The notes beneath the pieces are model-generated. The model ran no database searches and was not told where the DNA came from. It worked only from the letters and a program-made list of their open reading frames with translations. Shown piece after piece: positions 48,526-59,482 of a DNA stretch of 64,000 bases. This DNA comes from an uncultured Aquiluna sp. (GTDB lineage: Bacteria; Actinomycetota; Actinomycetes; Actinomycetales; Microbacteriaceae), in the NCBI GenBank assembly GCA_913775595.1, contig CAJYLB010000001.1, forward strand, positions 992,001-1,056,000, in the 5' to 3' direction. Made by a program: the position numbers and the translations under genes. Position 1 is the stretch's first letter; each line of letters begins with the position of its first letter.

Positions 48526-49380
48526 ATGGAACTGCCAGGTTTCAAACACGTTTACTCGGGCAAGGTAAGGGACCTATACGAGCCTGAGGACCCCGCCTTC
48601 TCTCACCTGGTTCTAATCGTCGCGAGCGACCGTATCAGCGCGTTCGACTACATCCACTCGCCTGACATACCGGGCAAGGGTAGGAACCTGACCGAGGTCA
48701 CTGCGTGGTGGTTTGAAAGGCTGAATTTTCCTAACCACCTCTCAGATGAGCTGCAAGTACCAGAAGAGGTCAAGAACAGAGCGGTGATCGTCAAGAAGCT
48801 GGATATGTATCCGGTTGAGTGCGTGGTGCGTGGCTATCTCGCCGGTTCCGGCTTCAAGGAATATCAGGAGACAGGCAAGGTCTGCGGCATCGAGCTCCCC
48901 GAGGGTCTAAAAAACGGAGACAGGCTGCCCCATCCGATTTTCACCCCCGCCTATAAAGCCCCCCAGGGTGAAAAGGACGAGAACATCAGCTTCGAGAGAG
49001 TTATCGAGCTAGTCGGCAGCGAGATCGCGGAGCGGCTCAGGGACAGCAGCATTGAGATATTCATCCACGCCACCCACCTCGCGGAAAAAGCCGGGCTGAT
49101 CCTGGCAGACACGAAGTTCGAGTTTGGCAACGACCCGAGAACCAACATGCTTACCCTCGGCGACGAGGTGCTAACCCCCGACAGCTCGCGCTATTGGGAC
49201 AAAGCAGAGTGGGAGCAGGGAGTGCGCGACCAAAGCTTTGACAAGCAGATTGTCCGCAACTGGTTGGAGAGAAACTGGGACAAGACATCCACCCCTCCCG
49301 AGCTACCAACAGAGATTGTCGAGCTAACCGCAGCTCGCTATCGAGAACTGGCGGAGAAACTAACCAGCAATAACAATTAG
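48526..49380 (+). CDS. purC: SAICAR synthetase
   Basis: YSGKVRDLY, SDRISAFD, ECVVRGYL, ADTKFEFG, DEVLTPDSSR. Confidence 0.97.
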   Translation: MELPGFKHVYSGKVRDLYEPEDPAFSHLVLIVASDRISAFDYIHSPDIPGKGRNLTEVTAWWFERLNFPNHLSDELQVPEEVKNRAVIVKKLDMYPVECVVRGYLAGSGFKEYQETGKVCGIELPEGLKNGDRLPHPIFTPAYKAPQGEKDENISFERVIELVGSEIAERLRDSSIEIFIHATHLAEKAGLILADTKFEFGNDPRTNMLTLGDEVLTPDSSRYWDKAEWEQGVRDQSFDKQIVRNWLERNWDKTSTPPELPTEIVELTAARYRELAEKLTSNNN

Positions 49381-49389
49381 GGTTATTGG

Positions 49390-50466
49390 GTGCTTAGAAC
49401 ACCGCTGTTTGACGAACATCAGGCCCTGGGTGCCGCCTTCACCGACTTTGGCGGCTGGGAGATGCCGGTGCGGTACGGGTCAGACCTCGAGGAGCACCAC
49501 GCGGTAAGAAACTCAGCGGGCCTTTTTGACATCAGCCACATGGGCGAAATCAGAATCAAGGGCGAGGCGGCTGAGCTTCTTGACTATGCCCTGGTCTCCA
49601 AATTGAGCGCCATGAAAAACGGCAAAGCCAAATACACAATGATCTGCAACGCAGATGGCAAGGTCATCGATGACCTCATCGTTTACCGCATTGCAGAAGA
49701 TGAATACCTAGTCGTGGCAAATGCCGGCAACCGCCACGCGGTGCTGTTACAACTGCTCGATGCTGCGGAGCATTTTGATGTTGAGGTGAGAGACGAATCC
49801 GACCAGTGGGTATTGCTGGCTCTTCAGGGTCCAAAGGCAACCGCGGTCCTAAACGAATTTGTTGACATCGATCTAAATCCACTTTCCTACTACTCAATCG
49901 CCAGCGGCAAGATTGGCCAGACCGAGGTCCTTTTGGCCCGAACCGGATACACCGGTGAGGACGGTTTCGAGATCTTCATTCCCGACAACGAGGCACTACC
50001 AATCTTCAAAGAACTTGCGGCAAGGGAAGAGGTGAGGGTCTGTGGCCTGGCAGCCAGAGATACTCTGCGACTAGAGGCAGGCATGCCCCTTTATGGGCAC
50101 GAGCTCACTTTGGACGTGAACCCCTATGAGGCAAACCTAGGCAGGGTTGTGGCCGGTGACAAAGGGGATTTTGTTGGCAAGGTTGCGCTTGAGGGCCTCA
50201 AGGAGCAAAGCACTTGGAGGCTTTATGGCCTTAGGGGTGAGGGCAGAAGGGCCGCAAGGGCGGAGTATGAGATCTACCTTCCGGGTGGTGAGAATCCAAT
50301 CGGGCAGGTCACCTCGGGCGCGCTTTCGCCAACTCTCGGCTACCCGGTTGCCATGGCATACCTGGACGGTTCGCTAGAGCTTGAAATTGGTAGCAAACTA
50401 GAGGCAGATGTGAGAGGCACGAGGGTGAACTACGAGGTTGTAGAGCTCCCGTTTTATAGGAGATAG
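49390..50466 (+). CDS. gcvT: Glycine cleavage aminomethyltransferase T
   Basis: [41 protein letters not shown]. Confidence 0.97.
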   Translation: MLRTPLFDEHQALGAAFTDFGGWEMPVRYGSDLEEHHAVRNSAGLFDISHMGEIRIKGEAAELLDYALVSKLSAMKNGKAKYTMICNADGKVIDDLIVYRIAEDEYLVVANAGNRHAVLLQLLDAAEHFDVEVRDESDQWVLLALQGPKATAVLNEFVDIDLNPLSYYSIASGKIGQTEVLLARTGYTGEDGFEIFIPDNEALPIFKELAAREEVRVCGLAARDTLRLEAGMPLYGHELTLDVNPYEANLGRVVAGDKGDFVGKVALEGLKEQSTWRLYGLRGEGRRAARAEYEIYLPGGENPIGQVTSGALSPTLGYPVAMAYLDGSLELEIGSKLEADVRGTRVNYEVVELPFYRR

Positions 50467-50470
50467 AGAC

Positions 50471-50842
50471 ATGGCAAATCCAGCAGAGCTGCAATACACA
50501 AAAGAGCACGAGTGGGTAAGGGTCGAAGGCGATGTGGCAACCATCGGCATTACAAAGTATGCGGCTGATGCCCTCGGCGAGATTGTCTATGTGGACCTAC
50601 CAAAGGTTGGCTCTTCAACAACTCACATGAAAATCTGCGGCGAGATTGAGTCAACCAAGAGCGTCGGCGAACTCTACGCACCGATGGATGGCGAAGTCGT
50701 CGAAGCTAACGATTCTCTGAGCGGATCTCCCGAAACGATAAATGATGACCCGTTTGGGGAAGGATGGCTGGTTAAGATTCGTTTTACCCAATTGCCAGAT
50801 CTTCTATCTAGCACCGAATACGACGCCTTCATTGGAGAGTAA
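50471..50842 (+). CDS. gcvH: Glycine cleavage H protein
   Basis: [24 protein letters not shown] (lipoyl Lys), GWL. Confidence 0.97.
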   Translation: MANPAELQYTKEHEWVRVEGDVATIGITKYAADALGEIVYVDLPKVGSSTTHMKICGEIESTKSVGELYAPMDGEVVEANDSLSGSPETINDDPFGEGWLVKIRFTQLPDLLSSTEYDAFIGE

Positions 50843-53668
50843 TTGCTAGCTGACCACCATCAGTTTCGTTTCCGCCACATCGGCCCAGATGCCACCGAGC
50901 AAAAGGCCATGCTCGATTACCTCGGGCTTGAAAGTCTCAGCGAGCTCATGGAGAAGGCGCTCCCCGATGCCATCAAGTTTGAAGGTGACAGCAAGCTCCC
51001 CGATGCCATAAGCGAGGACGAGGCGCTGGAGCGCCTTCGGGAGATTGCCTCCAAAAACCGAATCACACAGAGCTTTATAGGCCTCGGCTACTACGGCACC
51101 AGAACTCCCGGAGTCATCAAGCGCAACGTATTAGAGAACCCAAGCTGGTATACCGCCTACACCCCCTACCAGCCAGAGATCTCGCAGGGCCGACTGGAAG
51201 CAATCATCAACTTCCAGACCATGGTCACCGACCTCACCGGCATGAAGACCGCAAACGCCTCGATGCTCGACGAATCGACGGCGGTCGTCGAGGCCATGCT
51301 GGTTGCAAGGCGCAGCGCAGATAGCAACAGCGATGTTTTCTTTGTCGACAGTGACATGTTCCCGCAGACCAAGCAGCTGCTTGAGCACAGGGCAGAGCCT
51401 ATGGGCATCGTCATCAAGTACTTCGACGCGGCAAAGCCGGAAGAGCTAGACGAAGAGTGCTTTGGTGCGGTAATTCAGTACCCTGGCGCATCGGGAAGAA
51501 TCATCGACTTCGAAAACCTCTTTGCAAAGGTCCACGAGTTTGGTGGCCTTGCCATCGCAGCTGCTGACCTAATGGCCCTTACCCTGATCACCCCTCCGGG
51601 TGAAAAGGGTGCCGATGTCGTCTGCGGCACGACCCAGCGCTTTGGAGTCCCCATGGGCTTTGGTGGCCCTCACGCGGGCTACCTGGCGGTGCGCGAGAAG
51701 CTCGAGCGCACCATGCCGGGAAGGCTCGTAGGCGTCTCTGTCGATGCCGAGGGAGCACCTGCCTACCGCCTCACCCTGCAGACCAGAGAGCAGCACATCA
51801 GGCGCGAGCGCGCAACATCAAACATCTGCACCGCTCAGGTGCTGCTGGCGGTCATGGCCGGCATGTATGCCGTCTATCACGGACCAGAGGATCTAAAGGC
51901 AATTGCCAAGGAGATCCACGACAAGGCGAGCGCCCTGGCGAAGGTCCTGACCGAAGTTGGCTTCTCTTTGCAGCACGAGAACTTCTTTGACACCATCAGG
52001 CTCATTGGCACCGATGCAAACAAGTTCTTTGAGGCGGCTAGGGCCAAAGACCTCACAGTCCTGAGGGTCGACGATCAAACCATCGGCATCTCGGTGGACG
52101 AGAGCACAACCTGGCAGCACCTAGCCGAACTCGCGAGTGCTTTTGGTGCGAGGTCGCCAAAGACAGAGGATGCCGAAGACAGGCTCAGAAACCGCCGCGA
52201 GAGTGGGTACCTAGAGCACCCGGTCTTTAACACCCACCACTCTGAGACCGCAATGCTGAGGTATCTAAAGAAGCTCGCGGACTTTGACTACGCCCTGGAT
52301 AGGGGCATGATTCCGCTCGGCTCCTGCACGATGAAGCTCAACTCCGTCACCGAAATGGAGGCGGTCACCTGGCCAGAGTTTGCCTCGCTGCACCCCTTCG
52401 CTCCAGCCGAGGACACTCAGGGCTACATCGAGCTCATTGGAGAGCTAACCTCATGGCTTAGCGACATCACGGGCTACGAGTCTGTTTCGCTGCAGCCAAA
52501 TGCCGGTAGCCAGGGAGAGCTAGCGGGACTATTGGCGATCCGCGGCTACCACCGCTCCAGGGGAGACTTCCAGCGAAATGTGTGCCTGATACCTTCCTCC
52601 GCCCACGGCACCAATGCCGCGAGCGCCGTGCTCGCAGGTCTTGAGGTTGTGGTGGTTGGTTGCGACAACGACGGCAACGTAGATGTTCTTGATTTGAGGC
52701 AAAAGATTGCAGAGCACGAGGACACCCTTGCGGCTCTGATGATTACCTACCCCTCCACCCACGGTGTCTACGAAGAGGCAGTGGTTGAGATCTGTGACCT
52801 CGTTCACGCAGCAGGTGGCCAGGTCTACATCGACGGCGCAAACACCAACGCGGTCGTGGGCTTTGCAAAGTTTGGTGAGTTCGGTGGTGACGTAAGCCAC
52901 CTCAACCTCCACAAGACCTTCTGCATCCCTCACGGTGGTGGCGGTCCTGGCGTTGGGCCAGTGGTTGCAAGGCCTCACCTCGGGCCGTTCCTGCCTGGAC
53001 ACTCCATGGCACAGGTCGAGCTCCCTGGCTATGGACCGGTCTCGGCAGCTCCATTTGGTTCTCCAAGCATTCTCCCCATCTCCTGGGCCTATATCCAGAT
53101 GATGGGCGCGGGTGGGCTGCAGGATGCAACGGCGGTGGCGGTCTTGAGCGCGAACTATGTTGCAAAGAAGCTCTCTGATGCCTACCCACTTCTCTACACC
53201 GGCAAGAACGGCCTCATCGCCCACGAGGCAATCATCGACATCAGGCCCCTGCAAAAGGATGCCGGAATCTCAAACGACGATGTTGCGAAGCGCCTGGTTG
53301 ACTATGGCTTCCATGCCCCAACCATGAGCTTCCCTGTAGCAGGAACCCTGATGATTGAGCCGACCGAGTCAGAGCCGATGGAAGAGCTGGAGCGCTTCAT
53401 CGAGGCAATGCTTGCCATCCGTGCCGAAGCTCAAAAGGTGCAGGACGGCCATTGGCCACAAGATGACAACCCGCTTGTGAATGCGCCCCACACCGCCAGC
53501 CACCTCACAAGCGAGTGGACCCACCCCTACAGCCGCGAAGAAGCAGTCTTCCCAACGGACAGCCAGAGGAGAAGTAAGTACTGGCCACCAGTTAGAAGGA
53601 TTGATGGAGTCTTCGGCGACAGGAACCTAACCTGCACCTGCCCACCAATTGAAAGTTTTGCTCGCTAG
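50843..53668 (+). CDS. gcvP: Glycine dehydrogenase (decarboxylating), single chain
   Basis: [45 protein letters not shown]. Confidence 0.97.
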   Translation: MLADHHQFRFRHIGPDATEQKAMLDYLGLESLSELMEKALPDAIKFEGDSKLPDAISEDEALERLREIASKNRITQSFIGLGYYGTRTPGVIKRNVLENPSWYTAYTPYQPEISQGRLEAIINFQTMVTDLTGMKTANASMLDESTAVVEAMLVARRSADSNSDVFFVDSDMFPQTKQLLEHRAEPMGIVIKYFDAAKPEELDEECFGAVIQYPGASGRIIDFENLFAKVHEFGGLAIAAADLMALTLITPPGEKGADVVCGTTQRFGVPMGFGGPHAGYLAVREKLERTMPGRLVGVSVDAEGAPAYRLTLQTREQHIRRERATSNICTAQVLLAVMAGMYAVYHGPEDLKAIAKEIHDKASALAKVLTEVGFSLQHENFFDTIRLIGTDANKFFEAARAKDLTVLRVDDQTIGISVDESTTWQHLAELASAFGARSPKTEDAEDRLRNRRESGYLEHPVFNTHHSETAMLRYLKKLADFDYALDRGMIPLGSCTMKLNSVTEMEAVTWPEFASLHPFAPAEDTQGYIELIGELTSWLSDITGYESVSLQPNAGSQGELAGLLAIRGYHRSRGDFQRNVCLIPSSAHGTNAASAVLAGLEVVVVGCDNDGNVDVLDLRQKIAEHEDTLAALMITYPSTHGVYEEAVVEICDLVHAAGGQVYIDGANTNAVVGFAKFGEFGGDVSHLNLHKTFCIPHGGGGPGVGPVVARPHLGPFLPGHSMAQVELPGYGPVSAAPFGSPSILPISWAYIQMMGAGGLQDATAVAVLSANYVAKKLSDAYPLLYTGKNGLIAHEAIIDIRPLQKDAGISNDDVAKRLVDYGFHAPTMSFPVAGTLMIEPTESEPMEELERFIEAMLAIRAEAQKVQDGHWPQDDNPLVNAPHTASHLTSEWTHPYSREEAVFPTDSQRRSKYWPPVRRIDGVFGDRNLTCTCPPIESFAR

Positions 53669-54036
53669 CTGAGTGGCACTAGGTGCAGGCGAATCATCTC
53701 CGCCGCCTGCTCCACGCTGATCTTGTCGGTTGCTATGCCAAGCACGAAGTCCATGCCCTCATCCGCTGAAAAGTTGTGCTTGAAGTCATTAAGAAATAGA
53801 AACACGACCATAAGAGCCCAGGTAGTTCGTTTATTGCCGTCCACCAGAGCGTGATTCTTAGCCAAAGAGTGGCACATTGCCGCAGCTTTCAGCTCGAGGG
53901 TCGGGTAGGCATCTTCTCCGAACACAGTGGTCTGCGGTCTGGCAAGAGCTGAATCCAAGAGCCCAACCTCTTTTACGTGAAAACCGAGACTAGCAATCAC
54001 GTCCAGGGCATGGTCTAGCTCGACGTATTCGGTCAT
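53665..54036 (-). CDS. doc: Doc-family (Fic) type II toxin
   Basis: [19 protein letters not shown] motif; 123 aa; ATGA overlap with antitoxin. Confidence 0.88.
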   Translation of the reverse strand: MTEYVELDHALDVIASLGFHVKEVGLLDSALARPQTTVFGEDAYPTLELKAAAMCHSLAKNHALVDGNKRTTWALMVVFLFLNDFKHNFSADEGMDFVLGIATDKISVEQAAEMIRLHLVPLS

Positions 54037-54239
54037 GCGTCAGCCAGTCGATCCATGAGCTCCTTATCGTGGCTGAGCACGAACTGCAGCGCCTCATTCA
54101 CCCGACGCTTTTTTCTCGACTCGCGCTCAACCATGCGCATTGCCTCAAGAAGTGCCTTTTGCTTGGACAGTCCAAGCTGCTCCGAGAGCCTGGTGAGGAT
54201 TACTTCATCTTCTTCAGTGAGTCTTAGTGTCATAGCCAT
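54033..54239 (-). CDS. Ribbon-helix-helix antitoxin
   Basis: MAMTLRLTEE...LSKQKA, C-terminal ELMDRLA; directly upstream of doc. Confidence 0.8.
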   Translation of the reverse strand: MAMTLRLTEEDEVILTRLSEQLGLSKQKALLEAMRMVERESRKKRRVNEALQFVLSHDKELMDRLADA

Positions 54240-54249
54240 GAACCTAACA

Positions 54250-54264
54250 GTATCAAACTGATAC
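54250..54264. promoter_or_regulatory. Putative autoregulatory operator of the RHH-doc pair
   Basis: GTATCA-AAC-TGATAC inverted repeat at the candidate -10 TACTGT. Confidence 0.6.
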
Positions 54265-54295
54265 CACTATTGCGCTAGCAATATCTGTGGAGAGG

Positions 54296-55804
54296 TCAGA
54301 TTTTTTCGTCCATGTTGATAAGTACCTGGTAGGCAGCCTCAAGCTCCTCTCCCAGGTCGCGATCTGGGCCAAGTCCCGGCACGGTTTTCCTCAGCTGCGA
54401 GATTAGTTCTGCGGTGAGCGGGGCTGGCTTCAGCGGGGCACGCATTTCAACCGCACGCGCCGCAGTAACAAGTTCGATTGCGACGATTCTTCGCAGGTTG
54501 TCGATTGCCTTCCTTAGCTTCCTGGCGGCATGCCAACCCATCGAAACGTGGTCTTCCTGCATCGCGCTCGATGGAATCGAATCTACGCTCGCCGGCGACG
54601 CAAGTCGCTTGTTCTCCGAGACCAGGCCGGCTTGGGTGTATTGAGCAATCATCAATCCGGAGTCGACCCCCGGGTCGTTGGCCAAGAAAGCCGGCAGCCC
54701 GCGATTGCGGGAGACATCCAAGAAACGATCGGTTCTGCGCTCAGAAATCGACCCTAGGTCCGCAACCGAGATGGCCAGGAAGTCCAAAACCTGCGCAACC
54801 GGAGCCCCATGAAAGTTTCCATTTGATGTCACCTCGCCGCTTTCCAGGACAACCGGATTGTCAATAACCGAAGCAAGTTCGCGCGTGGCGACGACGGTGG
54901 CGTGAGCAAGGGTGTCCCTAGCCGCCCCCGCGACCTGAGGTGCGCAGCGCAGTGAGTAGGCATCCTGGACCACCCCGTCGCCATGGCGGTGGGACTTTAC
55001 AATCTCGCTCCCCTGCAATGCGACAAACATGTTTGCTGCGCTCACCGCCTGCCCGGGGTGTGGGCGAAGCTTCTCGTGCAGCTCGGGACGGAACACCTGG
55101 TCGGTTCCCATCTGGCCCTCGACGCTCATGGCCGCAACCAGGTCTGCCTGATTCAAAAGTTTCTCGAGGTCGGCGAGAGCAAGAATGAGCATTCCCAACA
55201 TGCCATCGGTGCCGTTTATTAGCGCAAGGCCCTCTTTCTCCCTGAGCTCAACCGGTTCAATGCCGGCCTCCGAGAGAAGCTCGGCTACGGGCCTCTCCCT
55301 GCCGTCTGGCCCGAAGGCCCTGCCCTCTCCCATCAGCACCATTGCGCAGTGAGCAAGTGGGGCAAGGTCTCCCGAGCAGCCCAAAGACCCAAACTCCAAG
55401 ACTCTTGGGGTGATGCCGGCATTGAGAATCTCGGCATAGGTCTTTGCAATCAGTGGCCTAACTCCGGTCTGACCCGAACACATCGTGCGTAGCCGCAGCA
55501 ACATCATTGCCCTGACGACCTCGGTCTCGACCGGGTCTCCCATGCCAGCGGCATGGGATCTGATGAGCGACTTCTGCAGCTGAACGCGATCCGCAATTGG
55601 AATGTGGCGCTGGGCCAGGGCCCCAAAACCGGTCGAGATTCCATAGACCGGCTCATCGCCAGAGGCGAGCTGTTCAACCCTCTCGCGGGTCTGTTGCATG
55701 GCTGCCATTGCCTGATCGGAGATGGCAATCTTTGCCCCGTGCCTTGCAACCGCAACGACATCGACCATTCTCAGTCCGGAGACTCCTAGCTCAACAGTCT
55801 GCAT
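54296..55804 (-). CDS. hutH: Histidine ammonia-lyase
   Basis: YGISTGFG, GSLGCSGDLAPL (MIO), KEGLALING, QDAYSLRC, QEDHVSM; ATG 55804. Confidence 0.96.
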   Translation of the reverse strand: MQTVELGVSGLRMVDVVAVARHGAKIAISDQAMAAMQQTRERVEQLASGDEPVYGISTGFGALAQRHIPIADRVQLQKSLIRSHAAGMGDPVETEVVRAMMLLRLRTMCSGQTGVRPLIAKTYAEILNAGITPRVLEFGSLGCSGDLAPLAHCAMVLMGEGRAFGPDGRERPVAELLSEAGIEPVELREKEGLALINGTDGMLGMLILALADLEKLLNQADLVAAMSVEGQMGTDQVFRPELHEKLRPHPGQAVSAANMFVALQGSEIVKSHRHGDGVVQDAYSLRCAPQVAGAARDTLAHATVVATRELASVIDNPVVLESGEVTSNGNFHGAPVAQVLDFLAISVADLGSISERRTDRFLDVSRNRGLPAFLANDPGVDSGLMIAQYTQAGLVSENKRLASPASVDSIPSSAMQEDHVSMGWHAARKLRKAIDNLRRIVAIELVTAARAVEMRAPLKPAPLTAELISQLRKTVPGLGPDRDLGEELEAAYQVLINMDEKI

Positions 55805-55805
55805 T

Positions 55806-56966
55806 TCAGCGCCTTTCGAAGACCCTCTCGCCACCGACATAGGTTTGGCTCACGAGCTGAACCCCGGGTCGGTAGGCGAGATAGATGTGATTTGGTGCAT
55901 CCAGCACCGCGAAGTCGGCATCGGAGCCGACGGCAAGCTTGCCCTTTTGATTTCTTAGGGCCATGGCGCCACCTCGGGTGGCGGCCCAGAGCGCCTGATC
56001 CGGAGTCAGCCCCATCTCCCGCAAGGCCACCGCGATGCAAAACGGCATCGAGGTTGTGAACGACGATCCTGGGTTGCAATCGGTCGCAAGGGCAACAATC
56101 ACTCCGGCGCTAACCAGCCTTCTGGCATCGGGGTATGGGCTCCTGGTCGAGAACTCGGCCCCCGGCACGAGCGTTGCAACCGTGTTTGATCCAGCAAGTG
56201 CGGCAATGTCTTCTGGATCCATGAATGTGCAGTGGTCCACCGACGCACAGTCCAACTCGACCGCAAGCTGCACTCCCCCAAGGTTCTCGAGCTGATTCGA
56301 ATGCATCCTTGGCCTAAGACCGGCCGCAATCCCCGCCTCTAGGACCTCTCTGGACTCCTCGACCGAGAAGGCCCCGCGGTCGCAGAAGACATCGATCCAC
56401 TTGGCATACTTCTTGGCCTCAGCCAGCATCTCGCCGGTCACCAGGCGCAGGTATTGCTCGCGCTCGAGGCCGGCTGGCACGACGTGTGCTCCTAAGAAGG
56501 TGACATCCTCGGTGAACTCCCTTGCCACCTCAAGTGACCTCGCCTCGGTTTCGACATCGAGCCCGTAGCCGCTCTTGATCTCAAAGTGGGTTACGCCGCT
56601 TGCGTGCAGCTCGGCGACAAGCCGCCGCGCATTTTCACGAAGCTCCTGGGCGCTCGCCGACCTGGTTGCCTGAACCGTGGTCTTTATCCCCCCAGAGGAG
56701 TAGGGCTTACCGGCCATGCGGTGAGCAAACTCCTCACTGCGCTCCGAGGCAAACATCAGGTGGGCGTGCGAGTCTACAAACCCCGGTATTACGCAGCCCC
56801 CACCTAGCGAAACAACCTCGTCTGTCTCAGGGGCAGCGGCTGCCGGGCCAAGCCAGAGAACCTTGCCGTCTTCGACGACCATTGCCGCATCCTCGATGAC
56901 CGCAAGCTCGCCGAAGCTCTCGCCGGTGGTCACCAGCGACGCGATGTCTGAATACTTGGTCTTCAT
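55806..56966 (-). CDS. hutI: Imidazolonepropionase
   Basis: PGFVDSHAHL, EIKSGYGL, DVFCD, SVDH, ATDCNPGSS. Confidence 0.95.
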   Translation of the reverse strand: MKTKYSDIASLVTTGESFGELAVIEDAAMVVEDGKVLWLGPAAAAPETDEVVSLGGGCVIPGFVDSHAHLMFASERSEEFAHRMAGKPYSSGGIKTTVQATRSASAQELRENARRLVAELHASGVTHFEIKSGYGLDVETEARSLEVAREFTEDVTFLGAHVVPAGLEREQYLRLVTGEMLAEAKKYAKWIDVFCDRGAFSVEESREVLEAGIAAGLRPRMHSNQLENLGGVQLAVELDCASVDHCTFMDPEDIAALAGSNTVATLVPGAEFSTRSPYPDARRLVSAGVIVALATDCNPGSSFTTSMPFCIAVALREMGLTPDQALWAATRGGAMALRNQKGKLAVGSDADFAVLDAPNHIYLAYRPGVQLVSQTYVGGERVFERR

Positions 56967-56968
56967 GC

Positions 56969-58630
56969 CTACTCGGTGTCCAGCATCGGAACGTGGACGT
57001 GCTTCTGACGAGCCACATCCTTGGCCTCGGGATAGCCGGCATCACAGTGGCGGATCACTCCCATCCCCGGGTCATTGGTCAGCACTCGGCGAAGCTTCTC
57101 GCCAGCTAGATCGGTGCCGTCGGCCACCGAGACCTGGCCCGCATGAATCGACCTTCCCATGCCAACGCCTCCGCCGTGATGGATGGAAACCCAGCTCGCA
57201 CCTGATGCGATGTTGACCATTGCATTTAGTAGTGGCCAGTCGGCAATCGCATCGGAACCATCGAGCATCGCCTCTGACTCACGATAGGGAGAGGCCACGC
57301 TGCCGCAGTCGAGGTGGTCGCGACCGATGACTATCGGTGCGGATACCTCGCCGCTTTTCACCAGCTGGTTGAATGCCTCGCCGGCCTTGTCGCGCTCCCC
57401 ATAGCCCAGCCAGCAAATTCTGGCTGGCAGGCCCTGGAACTCAACTCTGTCCTGGGCCATCGTGATCCAGCGCCTGAGATGAGTGTTGTCTGGGAAGAGA
57501 TCCAGGACTGCCTGGTCGGTGCGATAGATATCCTTCTTGTCGCCCGAGAGCGCCACCCACCGAAATGGTCCCTTGCCCTCGCAGAACAGCGGGCGAATGT
57601 AGGCCGGTATAAAGCCGGGGAACTTGAAGGCATCCTGGAAACCACCCTTTCGGGCCTCGTCTCTGATGGAGTTTCCGTAGTCAAAAACCTCCGCGCCTTT
57701 TTCCATGAAGCCGACCATCGCGGCGACGTGCTTGGCCATTGCTGCCTCTGCTCGATCGGTGAACACCTTGGGGTTCTGCTCGGCGTATTCTCGAGCATCC
57801 GAGAACTCAACACCTTCTGGGATGTAATAGAGCGGATCGTGGGCGCTGGTCTGATCGGTGACAATGTCGATCTCAACATCGCGCTCTAGAAGCTCAGCAA
57901 AAACCGTAGCTGCATTGCCAACGACACCGACCGACAGGGCCTTCTTTTCTGCCCTGTAACGAGTGACTCGCTCGATTGCATCGTCAAGGTTGTCGGCAAT
58001 CTCGTCCAGATACCTGGTCTCAACTCGCTTCTGGAGCCTGGATGGGTCGATATCCACAATCAGGCAGGTGCCCTCATTCATGGTTACGGCAAGAGGCTGC
58101 GCTCCACCCATGCCTCCGCAACCGCCGGTCAGGGTGAGGGTCCCGGCAAGGGTGCCGCCGAAGCGCTTGGCCGCAACGGCGGCAAAGGTCTCATAGGTTC
58201 CCTGCAGAATTCCCTGGGTTCCGATGTATATCCAAGAACCGGCGGTCATCTGCCCATACATTGTCAGGCCAAGCTTTTCGAGCCTCCGGAACTCCGGCCA
58301 GTTGGCCCAGTCTCCAACCAGGTTGGAGTTGGCAAGCAGCACCCGAGGAGCCCACTCGTGGGTCTGAAATACTCCAACCGGCTTGCCGGACTGCACCAGC
58401 ATCGTCTCGTCGTTCTTGAGGCTGCTCAGGGTCTTGACCATGGCATCGAAACTTTCCCAGTTCCTAGCGGCCTTGCCGCTACCGCCATAGACGATCAGCT
58501 CTTCGGGATGCTCGGCGACAGATGGGTCGAGGTTGTTGTGCAGCATTCGAAGTGCTGCCTCTTGCTGCCAGCCCTGGGCGGTTAGTGAACTGCCGGTGGC
58601 TGCCTTTAGGGTTCGCGTCGTTGGGTTCAT
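56969..58630 (-). CDS. hutU: Urocanate hydratase
   Basis: [42 protein letters not shown]. Confidence 0.97.
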   Translation of the reverse strand: MNPTTRTLKAATGSSLTAQGWQQEAALRMLHNNLDPSVAEHPEELIVYGGSGKAARNWESFDAMVKTLSSLKNDETMLVQSGKPVGVFQTHEWAPRVLLANSNLVGDWANWPEFRRLEKLGLTMYGQMTAGSWIYIGTQGILQGTYETFAAVAAKRFGGTLAGTLTLTGGCGGMGGAQPLAVTMNEGTCLIVDIDPSRLQKRVETRYLDEIADNLDDAIERVTRYRAEKKALSVGVVGNAATVFAELLERDVEIDIVTDQTSAHDPLYYIPEGVEFSDAREYAEQNPKVFTDRAEAAMAKHVAAMVGFMEKGAEVFDYGNSIRDEARKGGFQDAFKFPGFIPAYIRPLFCEGKGPFRWVALSGDKKDIYRTDQAVLDLFPDNTHLRRWITMAQDRVEFQGLPARICWLGYGERDKAGEAFNQLVKSGEVSAPIVIGRDHLDCGSVASPYRESEAMLDGSDAIADWPLLNAMVNIASGASWVSIHHGGGVGMGRSIHAGQVSVADGTDLAGEKLRRVLTNDPGMGVIRHCDAGYPEAKDVARQKHVHVPMLDTE

Positions 58631-58683
58631 GAGCCAATTTCACAACCACGCGAGAGATGCGACAATGGGGTTTCTCTAGCATC

Positions 58684-58701
58684 TGTCTGAGATTTCAGAC
58701 A
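58684..58701. promoter_or_regulatory. Putative HutR operator
   Basis: Perfect inverted repeat TGTCTGA-GATT-TCAGACA between divergent hutU and the IclR gene. Confidence 0.75.
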
Positions 58702-58711
58702 AACTAATTGC

Positions 58712-59482
58712 ATGGCTAGAGTCCCTGCGGCGGCGAGAACCCTCGCACTCCTAAACGCAATGGCTGAAATCGGGCAGCCGGTGACAGCAGTGATGCTGGC
58801 CAAGCGACTTGGCATCCCCAGATCCTCCTGCTATCAGCTGCTGGAGGAGCTCCAGGAGGCAAACTACGCAATCCACTATCCAGAGGAGAAGCGCTGGGGG
58901 CTTGGGCTTGCCGCCTGGGAGCTTGGCAGCGCCTATCAGCGCCACGAACCTCTAGAGCGCCTGGCTAGACCGGTGCTGAGGAAGCTGGTGGAGAATCTGG
59001 AAAAACAAACCTCGGTGGTGGGTCACCTCGGAGTTCTAGACGGCTCTGATGTGCTCTACCTCCTCGAGGAGAGGCCGGCGAGGTCGCTAAAGCTGGTTAC
59101 CGACATTGGAGTCCGGCTTCCCTCTCACCTAACAGCATCTGGCAGGTCCATGCTCGCAGTCCTGGATCAGAAGCAGCTCTCGGCATCGTTTAGAGGCCTC
59201 GGCCTGCAGACTCGAACCGGGCTTGGCCCCAAGAGCTTCACCGAGCTCACCGCAATCCTCAATAGCGAGCGAGCCCAGGGCTATGCCCTGGAGGTCGACG
59301 AGGTTAGCCTTGGCTACGCCTCGGTAGGCGTGGCGATCAGAGACAACCTGGGCCATCCGCTGGCGGGACTGGCAATTACCTTCCAATCGCTGGCGCTTGA
59401 AAAGCTACAGTTGAGCCAGCTGGCTCTTTCGCTGCAGCAGGCGGCCAGGGAGCTCTCGAGAAAGTTTGGGCACCATGAGTGA
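58712..59482 (+). CDS. hutR: IclR-family regulator of hut genes
   Basis: VPAAARTLALL, GIPRSSCY, LVTDIGVRLPSHLTASGRSMLA; divergent from hutU. Confidence 0.85.
   Translation: MARVPAAARTLALLNAMAEIGQPVTAVMLAKRLGIPRSSCYQLLEELQEANYAIHYPEEKRWGLGLAAWELGSAYQRHEPLERLARPVLRKLVENLEKQTSVVGHLGVLDGSDVLYLLEERPARSLKLVTDIGVRLPSHLTASGRSMLAVLDQKQLSASFRGLGLQTRTGLGPKSFTELTAILNSERAQGYALEVDEVSLGYASVGVAIRDNLGHPLAGLAITFQSLALEKLQLSQLALSLQQAARELSRKFGHHE

Noticed and set aside
50959..51009. 15-bp direct repeat GCTCCCCGATGCCAT, 36 bp apart
   Set aside because: Both copies encode LPDAI in frame within gcvP; only two copies, not an array.
52529..53254. 241-aa minus-strand ORF and similar long antisense ORFs over aspS, hutU and purL
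   Set aside because: Typical stop-poor antisense frames of conserved genes in GC-rich DNA.
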